Below, piece after piece: positions 9,284-17,705 of a DNA stretch of 64,000 nucleotides. Each line of letters starts with the position of its first letter. Position 1 is the stretch's first letter. Both the position numbers and the translations under genes were made by a program. The stretch comes from a phage. Below the pieces are notes generated by a model that was not told the origin of the DNA, did no database searches, and worked only from the letters and a program-made list of their open reading frames with translations. The DNA lies in sequence record PZ402305.1. The stretch is one strand, 5' to 3'.

Positions 9284-9577
9284 ATGATGAACATTACTTT
9301 AGCAACTAAGAATATTTCTGAAACAATTAACGGTTTTGGTGTGATTGTAGCCTTGCACGGTAACAATGAGAAATGGTTGGCTTCTTTTGAAGAGGATCGT
9401 CAGCACAACATCATTTTAGACGCTCCTATAAAAGTTATGCATATTGTTGGTGAAAGCAAAGTGCTCACTTCCTCCCGTTCAAAGGAACAAATTACAAACG
9501 AATTAGTAAAACTGCTTGACAATGTTCTTAACATGTTTGATAATGCACCCATCGACACAAAACGTGTCTTAATGTGA
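9284..9577 (+). CDS. hypothetical protein (97 aa)
   Basis: Track ORF, first gene of plus operon. Confidence 0.6.
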   Translation: MMNITLATKNISETINGFGVIVALHGNNEKWLASFEEDRQHNIILDAPIKVMHIVGESKVLTSSRSKEQITNELVKLLDNVLNMFDNAPIDTKRVLM

Positions 9578-9590
9578 AAGGAGAAATACA

Positions 9591-10082
9591 ATGGCTTACC
9601 CTGACTACATCGACGAACGTGCTACTGGCTTCTTCCGTAACTTCTTAGTCGGTCGTTCTCACGGAGATGATGGTTCCAGTTATAAAACAAGCTGGGATAG
9701 TCAATGTGGCGCTAAGGCTACCAAAACTTTGAAAATGCCGGGTCGTCCGTTGTGCGCGTATTGTGGTAATGAAGCCTTAGCTCTTCAACCTGGTATTGAA
9801 CATGGTGATTATACTATTAAAGGTTACACTTGTGTCTGCAAAGGTGCAATGGACGAGGCGGATTGGGTAAAAGAAAAAGCAGAGATGGAGGAACGTCATA
9901 AACGAGAAGTTTATGAAATGGAAAAACGTATGCCTGTTCCAGATTTGCAAGTTAAGAAAAATATTGTTGCGAAAATGATGGAAAAAGTCCAGAAAGCAGA
10001 GACGGAAGAAGACCTAAACCGTGCACTGGAAAACTTGCGTAATTTTAAAGAAGAAAAAGAGTTGCGCGAGATTATGTGGTAA
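9591..10082 (+). CDS. hypothetical protein (163 aa)
   Basis: Track ORF; Cys cluster then charged helical C-terminus. Confidence 0.6.
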   Translation: MAYPDYIDERATGFFRNFLVGRSHGDDGSSYKTSWDSQCGAKATKTLKMPGRPLCAYCGNEALALQPGIEHGDYTIKGYTCVCKGAMDEADWVKEKAEMEERHKREVYEMEKRMPVPDLQVKKNIVAKMMEKVQKAETEEDLNRALENLRNFKEEKELREIMW

Positions 10083-10119
10083 GGTATACTATTTCCATCA
10101 ATTAAGAGAGGAGAACCAA

Positions 10120-10407
10120 ATGTATTATTCACAAGATGAAGTAGCAAACATTAAACTGGCAGTGGGCGATCTTATTGTGTCACCTAACTACTATTGGGAT
10201 AACACAGATTTGGTTGAAGTAGTAACCTATGTTGGAGTTGAAGGTATTGTGCTCTACACACTAGGTGGAGGTGTTGTTGGGGAAATGGAACGTTATACGA
10301 CAACGAAGAAACTGGTAAGCTCTTATCACATGTTTTTACACCAAGGTTCGGAAGAGTATACAGCTTTCTTGTTGAAATTAGATGCAGATCGGGAGAAGGC
10401 ACGATGA
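10120..10407 (+). CDS. hypothetical protein (95 aa)
   Basis: Track ORF 10021..; start moved to ATG at 10120 after GAGGAGAA. Confidence 0.6.
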   Translation: MYYSQDEVANIKLAVGDLIVSPNYYWDNTDLVEVVTYVGVEGIVLYTLGGGVVGEMERYTTTKKLVSSYHMFLHQGSEEYTAFLLKLDADREKAR

Positions 10408-10760
10408 AAATTGTACACGATGAAATTCAAATAGAAGAAAGTGACCTGATGGATTTGGATGCAGCTTTGGGGAAGGTAATCTATGCAGGAATTAAAGCCT
10501 TCCGTGAGAAGGCAAACAATAGCACGTTTGTCATGATCCCCACTAAACTGATGCGTGTTTTGTATCCAAATAGAAGTGCGCCGTATACAGATGAAGAAGA
10601 GGAGACAGGTAGAAGAGAGTGGTTAAATATTTTAGAAAAGATGGAGAATGCTTTTATTGATAGTGGTAATCCAGAAATCGTGTATGCTGAAGATCAAAGG
10701 AAGGCACGATTAGAGGGCCGTCTTTTATTCGCTAGTTATTTTGATAATCTTTGGAGCTAA
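10404..10760 (+). CDS. hypothetical protein (118 aa)
   Basis: Track ORF, ATGA overlap. Confidence 0.6.
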   Translation: MKIVHDEIQIEESDLMDLDAALGKVIYAGIKAFREKANNSTFVMIPTKLMRVLYPNRSAPYTDEEEETGRREWLNILEKMENAFIDSGNPEIVYAEDQRKARLEGRLLFASYFDNLWS

Positions 10761-10762
10761 AT

Positions 10763-10939
10763 ATGTCTGAATTCTTCACAATGGCTTTCTTAGGGATCTA
10801 TCTGATTATTAGTGCTGTTGGCTTAATCATGTCTCTAATAGAGGAAATGGGAATTAAGTGGAATTGTGTATTCGGTACAGCTCTTATGCTCACTCCAGTT
10901 TGGATTTACATTTGCAAATCGGTTGAACTAATTGGTTAA
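10763..10939 (+). CDS. small membrane protein (58 aa)
   Basis: Start set to ATG after upstream stop; single hydrophobic helix. Confidence 0.5.
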   Translation: MSEFFTMAFLGIYLIISAVGLIMSLIEEMGIKWNCVFGTALMLTPVWIYICKSVELIG

Positions 10940-10949
10940 TGGAGGTAAT

Positions 10950-11288
10950 ATGTTTAGTAAAGAAATGAGAGAGGTAATCGCTACTCTGGTAGTTGATCAT
11001 GGTGTTGAAGTTGAGCGTCACGTTTGGAAAGATGAGCCTCCTTTCTTTGATTTGGCATCACGGGCTAAAAGTCACATGTATCTCCTTGAAGATGATAAGG
11101 ATTTTATTCTGCGTATGCGTTATGATCGAGAGTTTAGAATTCCTCTTGACACAGATCCTGATGATGTAGTATTGTGGTTGGCAGAGCATTTCGCATTTAA
11201 CGCTCTACATGGAAGAAGTTTTGGTAATGAACGTTGGGATACCATTTGTCGTAAACATAATATTGAACCAGAATACGGGAGTATGTAA
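10950..11288 (+). CDS. hypothetical protein (112 aa)
   Basis: GGAGG then ATG at 10950. Confidence 0.6.
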   Translation: MFSKEMREVIATLVVDHGVEVERHVWKDEPPFFDLASRAKSHMYLLEDDKDFILRMRYDREFRIPLDTDPDDVVLWLAEHFAFNALHGRSFGNERWDTICRKHNIEPEYGSM

Positions 11289-11539
11289 TGTTAAGCGTTA
11301 AGCCTAAGATGATCAGTGAAGACCAGAAAGATTTCATTTACAAGTGTGGACGAATCTGGAGAGAGTATACCAAGGGTAACGAGGTCGTGGTGGTTACTGA
11401 ACACCAGATTGAAATCTCTGATCTTTTCGGTGATTATTTGCAAGTGATCAAATTAGGCATTGACAGAGGTTTGGTGCAGGTGTTAACATTATCCCAAGTT
11501 GAAGCAGAACACTTAGACAAAATCATTGTCGAATTCTAA
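11288..11539 (+). CDS. hypothetical protein (83 aa)
   Basis: Track ORF. Confidence 0.6.
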   Translation: MLSVKPKMISEDQKDFIYKCGRIWREYTKGNEVVVVTEHQIEISDLFGDYLQVIKLGIDRGLVQVLTLSQVEAEHLDKIIVEF

Positions 11540-11552
11540 GAGGAGAAAGAAT

Positions 11553-11717
11553 ATGATCTCTTTAGAATCAATAGCTTTTAAGAAGGGGTATACCGCAGGG
11601 TTCAAGTTTGGTATGTTTAATAAAGTAAATCCATATTGTCCAAAGACACACAAAAAGGAATTCGAAGAATGGGAAGATGGATTTTCTAAAGGCTACCAGG
11701 CAAAGGGTTGGTTGTAA
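11553..11717 (+). CDS. hypothetical protein (54 aa)
   Basis: GAGGAGAAAGAAT then ATG at 11553. Confidence 0.5.
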   Translation: MISLESIAFKKGYTAGFKFGMFNKVNPYCPKTHKKEFEEWEDGFSKGYQAKGWL

Positions 11718-11726
11718 GGAGAGAAT

Positions 11727-11891
11727 ATGATTTTAAACTTCATCATCAACTTGTGTTTGACATTGGGACTACTTTGTGCAATAGTATCCCCTCTGGTTGG
11801 TGAATATTGTTCTGAACTGGCGATGTTTATAGTTCTTGGTGCGGCTATTGCTAATATGTTTGTCGCTGCGATTTGTATGTTGTGGGAATAG
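11727..11891 (+). CDS. small membrane protein (54 aa)
   Basis: Not in track; hydrophobic; fills gap; approximate. Confidence 0.4.
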   Translation: MILNFIINLCLTLGLLCAIVSPLVGEYCSELAMFIVLGAAIANMFVAAICMLWE

Positions 11892-11902
11892 GAGGGAAGT
11901 TT

Positions 11903-12259
11903 ATGAAAAAATTAATCTTAGCCACATTGCTGGCTACCGTAAGCTTCACCACTTACGCTCAAAAATTTGTAGCAGTTAAAACAGATATTGGTAAAGATGT
12001 TGTGATCACAGGCAACAAGTTTTACTATACACCTGGAAATGGTGTTCTAGAAGAGTGTAAAGATGTTGAGGCATATACAGGAAAAGAAGATAACACGGAA
12101 CGTCCTTTTTATTCGATTATAGCCACTTGCAAAAATGAAATAGTAGCTATTAAACAGTATAAAGATGCCCCTGGAGGAGAATACTTATTAGTCAAGAATA
12201 TTAAGAGTGAAAAAACTGCAAAGTTTACAGTAATTATTTTAAAAGGAGAAACGTTCTAA
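11903..12259 (+). CDS. secreted protein with signal peptide
   Basis: MKKLILATLLATVSFTTYAQ signal-peptide-like N-terminus; GGAGGGAAG upstream. Confidence 0.6.
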   Translation: MKKLILATLLATVSFTTYAQKFVAVKTDIGKDVVITGNKFYYTPGNGVLEECKDVEAYTGKEDNTERPFYSIIATCKNEIVAIKQYKDAPGGEYLLVKNIKSEKTAKFTVIILKGETF

Positions 12260-13398
12260 TGAAATACACTATTTTTGGAGATGTGGCTGTTGTAAATAAG
12301 GAATATGGTGTTGAAGCTAATAAACTTCCTGCTGGAGTTTGGGTTGTCAACTGCGATCCGCACGGTAACTACTCTTTAGTGCGTGGCGAAAGTTTCTCTC
12401 TTCCGAACACTCTTTATGGGGAAACTAAAGACCGCGCCGCACATGTTATTAAAACATTTGCTCGTCGTAGTAAAGAAGGTAAAAATACTGGGGTGTTACT
12501 GACAGGCACAAAAGGCAGTGGTAAGACGATGTTAGCTAAACTAATTAGCATGTCCCTAATGTCCACAGAAGGTTTAGGTATTCCAACCATTTTGGTTACA
12601 CAGCCTTACACAGATGCTGGCTTCTTAGAATTTATGAGTAAAATTACAGATCGTGCTGTTGTTTTATTTGACGAATTTGATAAAGTGTACGCTAAGAAAG
12701 AAGATCAGGAAGCACTGTTGACCTTGTTGGATGGAACAGGAAGTGGGAATAAACTTTACATCCTAACTAAAAATAGTGGTTATATCTCGGAATATTTTGT
12801 AAACCGTCCTAGTCGTATCTATTACAGTTTCAATTACGATAAACTGTCTAGTGAAACTATGTTAGATTACTTGGATAAGAACTTGGTAAATAAAAAACAC
12901 GTAGATAACTTCCAACGTTTATGGGATGTTAGCACAGAGTTGTCTTTCGATGTTATTCAAGGTATTGTAGAAGAATTGAATTTCTATCCAAAAATGACTT
13001 TTAAAGAATGTCTTGAAATGATGGGTATTTCTTTAGGCAACGATGCTAAATGGAATGTGGCTTCTATCGTAGCTAATGGCAAAACGCTGAAGGTGAATTG
13101 GATCAATAACTGGCACGACTTCACCCCTACTAAGTTTTTGTCGGGTGCTTGTTCCCTGAACATCTATCTACAAAGTTTGAAAGATGATGAAGTGGAAGCA
13201 ATGGAAACCAACAGTTATGTTATCCTGGATGAAGATGGTGATCCACATATTGATCTATGTGCAACGGCTGATGGTCTAACTTGTGATCTGATTGAAGGTG
13301 GTAAGATTCTGGTTATGAGCACTACACCAGGAAACACTCTGCGAGTGGTGCTGGAGCCTGTAACACAACGTTCCACTACCCTGGGTAGCGTATTCTGA
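12259..13398 (+). CDS. AAA+ family ATPase
   Basis: Walker A LLTGTKGSGKTMLAK; Walker B VVLFDEFDK. Confidence 0.7.
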   Translation: MKYTIFGDVAVVNKEYGVEANKLPAGVWVVNCDPHGNYSLVRGESFSLPNTLYGETKDRAAHVIKTFARRSKEGKNTGVLLTGTKGSGKTMLAKLISMSLMSTEGLGIPTILVTQPYTDAGFLEFMSKITDRAVVLFDEFDKVYAKKEDQEALLTLLDGTGSGNKLYILTKNSGYISEYFVNRPSRIYYSFNYDKLSSETMLDYLDKNLVNKKHVDNFQRLWDVSTELSFDVIQGIVEELNFYPKMTFKECLEMMGISLGNDAKWNVASIVANGKTLKVNWINNWHDFTPTKFLSGACSLNIYLQSLKDDEVEAMETNSYVILDEDGDPHIDLCATADGLTCDLIEGGKILVMSTTPGNTLRVVLEPVTQRSTTLGSVF

Positions 13399-13404
13399 TA
13401 CAGT

Positions 13405-13437
13405 ACAAATAGCTAAACCCGCTTCGGCGGGTTTTGT
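13405..13437 (+). terminator. Rho-independent terminator
   Basis: AAACCCGCTTCGGCGGGTTTTGTT after the ATPase gene. Confidence 0.6.
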
Positions 13438-13476
13438 TATATTGATTTCAGTTTAACAGGGAGATAATTGTTAGAT

Positions 13477-14466
13477 ATGCCAGTAAAGAAGAGTATTGAA
13501 CAATATATTGAAGAGTGTCAACCTATTGCTGCTGCTAAAGGGATTGAGATTATTGGAATTGTTGAGCCGTTTACAGGACAACACACGAAAATGATCAATC
13601 GTTGTCAGTATGCTCATGAATGGAACACTACAACATTTAAAAACTTTAAAACTGGTCGTGCTGGTTGTCCTGTCTGTGCAATTGGGAAAGGATTTGGGAA
13701 AGGAGGTAAGACAGACGATCAGCACATAAAAGATTTCATTAACACAGGAAAGTTTAAACCTGGTACCATTTTCACCAATACAGGCAAACGTAAAGGGAGT
13801 CATATTCTCTGGATGGTTGAATGTCCTGTTTGTTCTCATGATGAATACGTACAAGCAGGAGTGTGTGATGGTAAATTTTACATTGCAGGGAACGATCTTA
13901 AAAAAGGGATTATCCCTTGTCGTTGTACTAGAGTTTACCGTTATACAAAAGATCAGATCACTTACAAGGTGAGAAAAGGTTTAGAAAGTAAAGGATATAT
14001 CTGGATAGAGTGGATTAGTAAACCTTCCTCAACAGGAGAGTTTAAATATGGATGTAAGGATCACGGGGAGCAAATAGGGAATGCTGACCACTTATTACAT
14101 AAGGGGCGTGGTTGTCCGAAGTGTAAAGGGCATACACAACAACAGGCATACATCAACTATATCTACGATGAACAAAATCTTCTCTGTGCTTTGAAGTTTG
14201 GTATTGCCAATAGTAGTGATCGCCGTATCAAAGAACAAAATAGTCATAATGTGTTTACTATGAAACAGAGCCAAGTGTGGCACTTCCCTACTGTGAAGCA
14301 ATGCAAAGATGCAGAAAAGCGTTGTAAGCGTGTCCTTCACACGGAAGCAGTGAGCAAATATTCTATGCCAGATGGCTACACAGAAACAGTAGAGTTATCT
14401 TGCATGGCCTCAATACAAAACATTTATAAACTTTATGGTGGAACATTACAGGAGGAAACATGTTAG
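13477..14466 (+). CDS. Cys-rich putative multi-zinc-ribbon protein
   Basis: Repeated CPVC/CPxC/GRGCPKCKG pairs; start moved to ATG at 13477. Confidence 0.6.
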   Translation: MPVKKSIEQYIEECQPIAAAKGIEIIGIVEPFTGQHTKMINRCQYAHEWNTTTFKNFKTGRAGCPVCAIGKGFGKGGKTDDQHIKDFINTGKFKPGTIFTNTGKRKGSHILWMVECPVCSHDEYVQAGVCDGKFYIAGNDLKKGIIPCRCTRVYRYTKDQITYKVRKGLESKGYIWIEWISKPSSTGEFKYGCKDHGEQIGNADHLLHKGRGCPKCKGHTQQQAYINYIYDEQNLLCALKFGIANSSDRRIKEQNSHNVFTMKQSQVWHFPTVKQCKDAEKRCKRVLHTEAVSKYSMPDGYTETVELSCMASIQNIYKLYGGTLQEETC

Positions 14467-14825
14467 TTGACGTTCAAATTATGCGCAACGAAAGAATGGA
14501 CTTCTTTGAAGCAGTAGAGAAACATCTGATCAGATGGGACTATGAATTTGTTCCTGCTGGATGTGGACCAGTAGAGCATTTAGCGGAAGACGACGATGTA
14601 TACATGATCATTCGTCAAGTGTACCAGACAGACCAGTGTGAAGAAACTCCCGAACTAATTTTGTTTGAGTGCAAAGATCTTGCAAAATATTTTGACTATG
14701 GCGGAAAAGAGGGTCATAATCTCTCCAGATACAATAAACGCCTACTTATCTTAGACTACATGCGGAACAACAAACACAAACTAATCGACGCAGACGCAGT
14801 TTATGGCTACTGGTGGATGGATTAA
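14460..14825 (+). CDS. hypothetical protein (121 aa)
   Basis: Track ORF. Confidence 0.6.
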   Translation: MLVDVQIMRNERMDFFEAVEKHLIRWDYEFVPAGCGPVEHLAEDDDVYMIIRQVYQTDQCEETPELILFECKDLAKYFDYGGKEGHNLSRYNKRLLILDYMRNNKHKLIDADAVYGYWWMD

Positions 14826-14838
14826 CAAAGGAGAAACT

Positions 14839-15018
14839 ATGGCACGTTTAGCAGATCATGAAATCTTTAAACCTATTCTGAACCACTATGATGAACTTAA
14901 AGCAGTGTTGGATTGTTATAAAGAGGATGAAGAACGCTTGGAAGTCAATCTTAAGATAGTTCTGATGAAAGCTTTTCAAGACGGGCAAGCTAAAGTCTTA
15001 GAAGGTATGAAAAAATGA
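14839..15018 (+). CDS. hypothetical protein (59 aa)
   Basis: AAGGAGAAACT then ATG. Confidence 0.5.
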   Translation: MARLADHEIFKPILNHYDELKAVLDCYKEDEERLEVNLKIVLMKAFQDGQAKVLEGMKK

Positions 15019-15557
15019 GAATAACTGACGAATATGTATTCTTCTTTTCACATAAAGATGTTTTTAGTAATTGGTATATTGCACCCTTTACAGAAACCGA
15101 ACCAGGTTACAATCAGACATTTAATTGTGTCGAACAATACATGATGTGGCGTAAAGCTTTGCTTTTTAATGACCACAACACTGCACAGGCTATTCTGACT
15201 CATAGTTTGATACGGAAAGATGAGAAGATCCAAGCTTATTACAAACGTATGGGTAGGGCAGTGTCGGATTTTGATAACAACGTATGGGAAGAGAACCGTG
15301 AGCGTATTGTTATGCGAGGTTTATGCTTGAAATATGTACAGAATCCAGATTTGTATGCAGACTTACACCTTTACCAATACAAAACGTTTGTTGAAGCAAG
15401 CCCCTACGATAAGGTTTACGGAATTGGAATGGGGATGTATGAACCAGGGGTGCTAAACCCTGCCACCTGGAAAGGGCAGAATCTTTTAGGCAAATATCAT
15501 AACAAACTGATCGAAATACTTTTCCCAGACAAAATACCGCAAAGACGATATTTGTGA
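15015..15557 (+). CDS. NADAR-domain (DUF1768/YbiA-like) protein
   Basis: FFFSHKDVFSNWY, NCVEQYMMWRKALLFND, ASPYDKVYGIG fit the NADAR fold signature. Confidence 0.7.
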   Translation: MRITDEYVFFFSHKDVFSNWYIAPFTETEPGYNQTFNCVEQYMMWRKALLFNDHNTAQAILTHSLIRKDEKIQAYYKRMGRAVSDFDNNVWEENRERIVMRGLCLKYVQNPDLYADLHLYQYKTFVEASPYDKVYGIGMGMYEPGVLNPATWKGQNLLGKYHNKLIEILFPDKIPQRRYL

Positions 15558-15604
15558 TATTTTAACTTTTTTCATTTTTAGAACAAAGGTGTCACTTTGT
15601 AGCA

Positions 15605-15660
15605 CAGAAATAAGGCTCCTACAACACTGTAGAGAGCCTATTATTTTGTCCTATACAAAC
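15605..15660 (+). terminator. Hairpin terminator after NADAR gene
   Basis: Nested inverted repeat AGGCTC-CTACA-ACAC-TGTAG-GAGCCT followed by T-rich tract; approximate. Confidence 0.45.
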
Positions 15661-15779
15661 ACTTATCTTTTTCAGTTTGCATCATTAGGATTCGATCTAG
15701 GTGGGTTCCTGAAGGTCTGCCAATAAGATTAAAGGTTATCTCAAATTACCCCTACTTGTTATCTCAAAAATTCCTCAAA

Positions 15780-15990
15780 TTATTTAAACTTTTTAAGAAT
15801 TTACAAAAGTGAAAGTTGAAAACCAAAATTTAAAGTTTAGGAAAATTATCTTAAAATGTTAGATACAAAACAAAACTCAAAAGTCAAGGAAAATTTTAAA
15901 AATTTTGCGCGCCCACAGTATTTAAAGTTTTTTTGCTTTTACAAAAATGAAAGTACAAAAGCAAAATTTAAAGTTTACAAAAATTTATGC
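15780..15990. repeat. A-rich direct repeats (iteron-like)
   Basis: Two ~45 bp near-copies ACAAAAGTGAAAGTTGAAAACCAAAATTTAAAGTTTAGGAAAATT and ACAAAAATGAAAGTACAAAAGCAAAATTTAAAGTTTACAAAAATT plus shorter relatives. Confidence 0.55.
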
Positions 15991-16025
15991 AGATGGGAAT
16001 GAGAAGAGTTCTCATATGGAAATGC

Positions 16026-16046
16026 AAATGATAATGATTCGCATTT
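16026..16046. promoter_or_regulatory. Fur-box-like palindrome 1
   Basis: AAATGATAATGATTCGCATTT resembles Fur consensus GATAATGATAATCATTATC. Confidence 0.4.
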
Positions 16047-16083
16047 AGGTTTATAAATGAGATTGATTCTTATTCGATAAGGT

Positions 16084-16104
16084 AAATGATAATCATTCTC
16101 ATTT
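16084..16104. promoter_or_regulatory. Fur-box-like palindrome 2
   Basis: AAATGATAATCATTCTCATTT; 12 contiguous core matches to Fur consensus. Confidence 0.45.
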
Positions 16105-16362
16105 AGAGAATGACGCGCAGGGGCGGTGTTTGTCTCGCGTTCCCGTGTCCCCTCGCCATGTAATAAGAATAACAGATCCAGCCAGGAAAGCAAGCGATTA
16201 TTTCATCTTTACATTTCTTTACAAATATATAGCGCCCAGCCTACCGGCGATCAACCTTCCAACCAGTGCCCCTGGTATGTTAGCCCCGCCTTTACGCCGT
16301 GGGGTGGCGCTTCCTCTTCTGTATGTAAAACAGTATAAGCCCGATCCCTGGGCTTGTCAAGA

Positions 16363-16629
16363 TTATTTTTTGTTTTCTTGCCAGGATAGGACACCTAACC
16401 AAAAATACATATCGCCCCGCGCCCCTGGCGGGATCTTGCTTTCCCCGCCGCCACTGCAAGCCCATAGATAACCATTTGCGAACGTATCAAAATGATCTAT
16501 CTCTTCCACCTTATGATCGCCCAGGTTGAGAACGGTTTCAACCTTTAAGCCCGTTGCGCTTGCTACCTGGTGCACCGTGCCGCCTTGCCAGCCCAATGAG
16601 TGCATAAGGTGTAATGTAGTAGTTGTCAT
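16363..16629 (-). CDS. hypothetical protein (88 aa) in GC-rich island
   Basis: Only minus-strand ORF inside the plus-strand region; local GC clearly above surrounding phage DNA. Confidence 0.4.
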   Translation of the reverse strand: MTTTTLHLMHSLGWQGGTVHQVASATGLKVETVLNLGDHKVEEIDHFDTFANGYLWACSGGGESKIPPGARGDMYFWLGVLSWQENKK

Positions 16630-16736
16630 GGTATCGCCCTTTCTTTGTTGTGCGCCCTGGTTGGCGCGGTAGAAAGATGATAGCCCTTTCCTTTATATAT
16701 AGCAAGCAAAAAGAAAATAAAAAGATTGAAAAAGTG

Positions 16737-16795
16737 GTTGACGTTCGCCAGGTGGCGGCATAATATTTACCACGTAGGGCGGCAATGGTGCCGCT
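16737..16795 (+). promoter_or_regulatory. Early-type promoter + 5' hairpin module
   Basis: TTGACG-N17-TAATAT then CACGTAGGGCGGCAATGGTGCCGCTC. Confidence 0.6.
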
Positions 16796-16815
16796 CACTA
16801 TTTGGAGTTAAGATC

Positions 16816-17013
16816 ATGGCAACATTGCACATTGTGGCGAAAGCTGGACAAATCAACGTAATAGTAAACGGTTTTACTGAGTTCAGTCATCCCCAGGATG
16901 ATCATGAAACGGTTTTATCTTTCATTGATTCACTGTTAGAAATGGGAGTAATTACAGAAGATCAGCATACTGCAAAATGCAAGCGCGTTAAGCAGATTGC
17001 AGGAATAGAATAA
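16816..17013 (+). CDS. small hypothetical protein (65 aa)
   Basis: Start moved to ATG downstream of promoter/hairpin. Confidence 0.6.
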   Translation: MATLHIVAKAGQINVIVNGFTEFSHPQDDHETVLSFIDSLLEMGVITEDQHTAKCKRVKQIAGIE

Positions 17014-17018
17014 AAGTC

Positions 17019-17076
17019 TTGACAACAAGCCACAACCTGATAAGATGTATCACATAGGGGCGACAAGCGCCCCGCC
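17019..17076 (+). promoter_or_regulatory. Early-type promoter + 5' hairpin module
   Basis: TTGACA-N16-TAAGAT; hairpin GGGGCGACAAGCGCCCCGCC. Confidence 0.55.
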
Positions 17077-17097
17077 TAACAGAAGAGAGAAATCATC

Positions 17098-17370
17098 ATG
17101 GCATCATATAGCGCAACAATGATCGTAACTGGCACCACTGGTAAACCGATGAGCGGTGGCGGATCTTTCGCTAATATCAATATTGACGGGCGTTTATCCC
17201 TGGACGCAGCGATTGCCATTGCACGGGAAACATTTAAGAAAGAATGTAATTTCAACAAGCAAGATTATCTCGGTTTCGCTATTGAAAAAACCGCGCGCTT
17301 TGTTGATTATAAAAGCCCGAAAATGGTTGATACTACACTAAAAGCGCAAGATGTAGCGTTTTTGCTTTAA
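17098..17370 (+). CDS. small hypothetical protein (90 aa)
   Basis: Track ORF. Confidence 0.6.
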   Translation: MASYSATMIVTGTTGKPMSGGGSFANINIDGRLSLDAAIAIARETFKKECNFNKQDYLGFAIEKTARFVDYKSPKMVDTTLKAQDVAFLL

Positions 17371-17373
17371 GGC

Positions 17374-17429
17374 TTGACATTAACGAATAATTTGTTAATA
17401 TGTTACATAAAGCGGGAATAGTTCCCGCT
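17374..17429 (+). promoter_or_regulatory. Early-type promoter + 5' hairpin module
   Basis: TTGACA ... TAATAT; hairpin GCGGGAATAGTTCCCGC. Confidence 0.55.
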
Positions 17430-17446
17430 ATTTGTAAGGTGGTAGA

Positions 17447-17704
17447 ATGTTTTACATCAAATTAAAAGGTCACGTGATCGCGTTCAAAGATAACGCTTTT
17501 TACAGATTAGCAAAATATGCGTTAATACATCCCCACTATGTTTATATAAGGGGGCGTGACGAAATAAATATTTTTGATCAAACAACATGCGAAAACATCG
17601 AGATCCGCAAGGTTGGCGTACGTGATTATCGTACATCTTTCTACCCTTGCAAGGATTCAGCAAGTCTTTTTAAGGTATGTCAATTGTTGAAAAAAGGTGG
17701 TTAA
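17447..17704 (+). CDS. small hypothetical protein (85 aa)
   Basis: Track ORF. Confidence 0.6.
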   Translation: MFYIKLKGHVIAFKDNAFYRLAKYALIHPHYVYIRGRDEINIFDQTTCENIEIRKVGVRDYRTSFYPCKDSASLFKVCQLLKKGG

Positions 17705-17705
17705 T

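Noticed and set aside
15680-15720. tRNA-like T-arm sequence AGGATTCGATCTAGG
   Set aside because: No flanking acceptor or anticodon stems could be paired; not a tRNA.
16130-16471. Plus-strand 113 aa and 70 aa ORFs in the GC-rich island
   Set aside because: Open frames are expected by chance in GC-rich sequence; Pro/Arg-rich translation and overlap with the better-supported minus-strand ORF 16363..16629.
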